A stretch of 64,000 nucleotides of DNA, taken from the NCBI GenBank assembly GCA_016183535.1, contig JACPEK010000004.1, positions 141,807-205,806 of the forward strand, written 5' to 3'. Below, piece by piece: positions 63,937-64,000 of this stretch. Source of the DNA: Candidatus Brennerbacteria bacterium. Its GTDB lineage: Bacteria; Patescibacteriota; Minisyncoccia; UBA6257; GWB1-50-10. The position numbers and the translations under genes are program-made. The notes beneath the pieces are model-generated. The model saw only the letters and a list, made by a program, of their open reading frames with translations. It searched no databases and was not told where the DNA came from. How positions within the stretch are numbered: the first letter of the stretch is position 1; each line of letters opens with the position of its first letter.

Positions 63937-64000
63937 TTCAAATCTCTGATTCGCAACACCAAAGGTCTGTGGAACTTCTGACTCGGTTTCTACCTCACCT

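Larger units (their letters stand above)
61432..64000. mobile_element. Putative integrated element (phage/ICE-like) inserted at the 3' end of tRNA-Asn; the far boundary is beyond the window
   Basis: A serine recombinase gene abuts and overlaps the tRNA 3' end. Sequence turns AT-rich from about 61450 onward. Unknown small genes follow. Confidence 0.4.

Overview
This 64 kb window is a bacterial chromosomal segment with tightly packed, often overlapping genes, almost all on the + strand. GC-rich housekeeping genes sit at both ends: a cysteine desulfurase fragment, a SIMPL protein, htrA and clpB on the left; dsbA-like, trxB, pilus genes, pth, lepB, hisS, HIT, rpsU, yqeY-like, ybeY, ftsA and ftsZ on the right. 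Between them lies what I read as one large surface-glycan locus. It opens with a 1139-aa secreted, peptidoglycan-binding, Ser/Thr-rich surface protein (6555-9974), directly followed by a Wzy_C-type ligase/oligosaccharyltransferase homologue (10098-11588). A ~36 kb glycan-biosynthesis island follows (12248-48805), whose GC content is visibly mosaic. It encodes 8 glycosyltransferases and 6 class-I SAM methyltransferases. It also has an RfbB-like 4,6-dehydratase, a ColD/E1-like PMP-dependent 3-dehydratase, RfbC-like and NAD-dependent epimerases, an aldo-keto reductase and an SDR. Two independent split-transketolase pairs are present, and there is a heptose-nucleotide module (HddA-like kinase, nucleotidyltransferase, GmhB). 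It closes with a convergent minus-strand module: a bi-domain Gfo/Idh/MocA oxidoreductase, an AsnB-type amidotransferase, a Wzx flippase and a WbaP-type initiating phosphoglycosyltransferase. The most unusual part is a tandem pair of paralogous ~660-aa cobalamin-binding radical SAM enzymes (29268-33382) inside this island. Each of them, and the preceding SDR, is a separate transcription unit with its own sigma70-like promoter and rho-independent terminator. The right end carries tRNA-Lys (minus strand), a TrpR/YerC-like gene, an HNH gene and tRNA-Asn. A large serine recombinase gene abuts the 3' end of tRNA-Asn, and the AT-richer DNA beyond it runs to the window edge, which suggests an integrated mobile element. 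No rRNA genes or CRISPR arrays were seen. Everything here rests on reading ORF translations and sequence motifs by eye. No database search was run.
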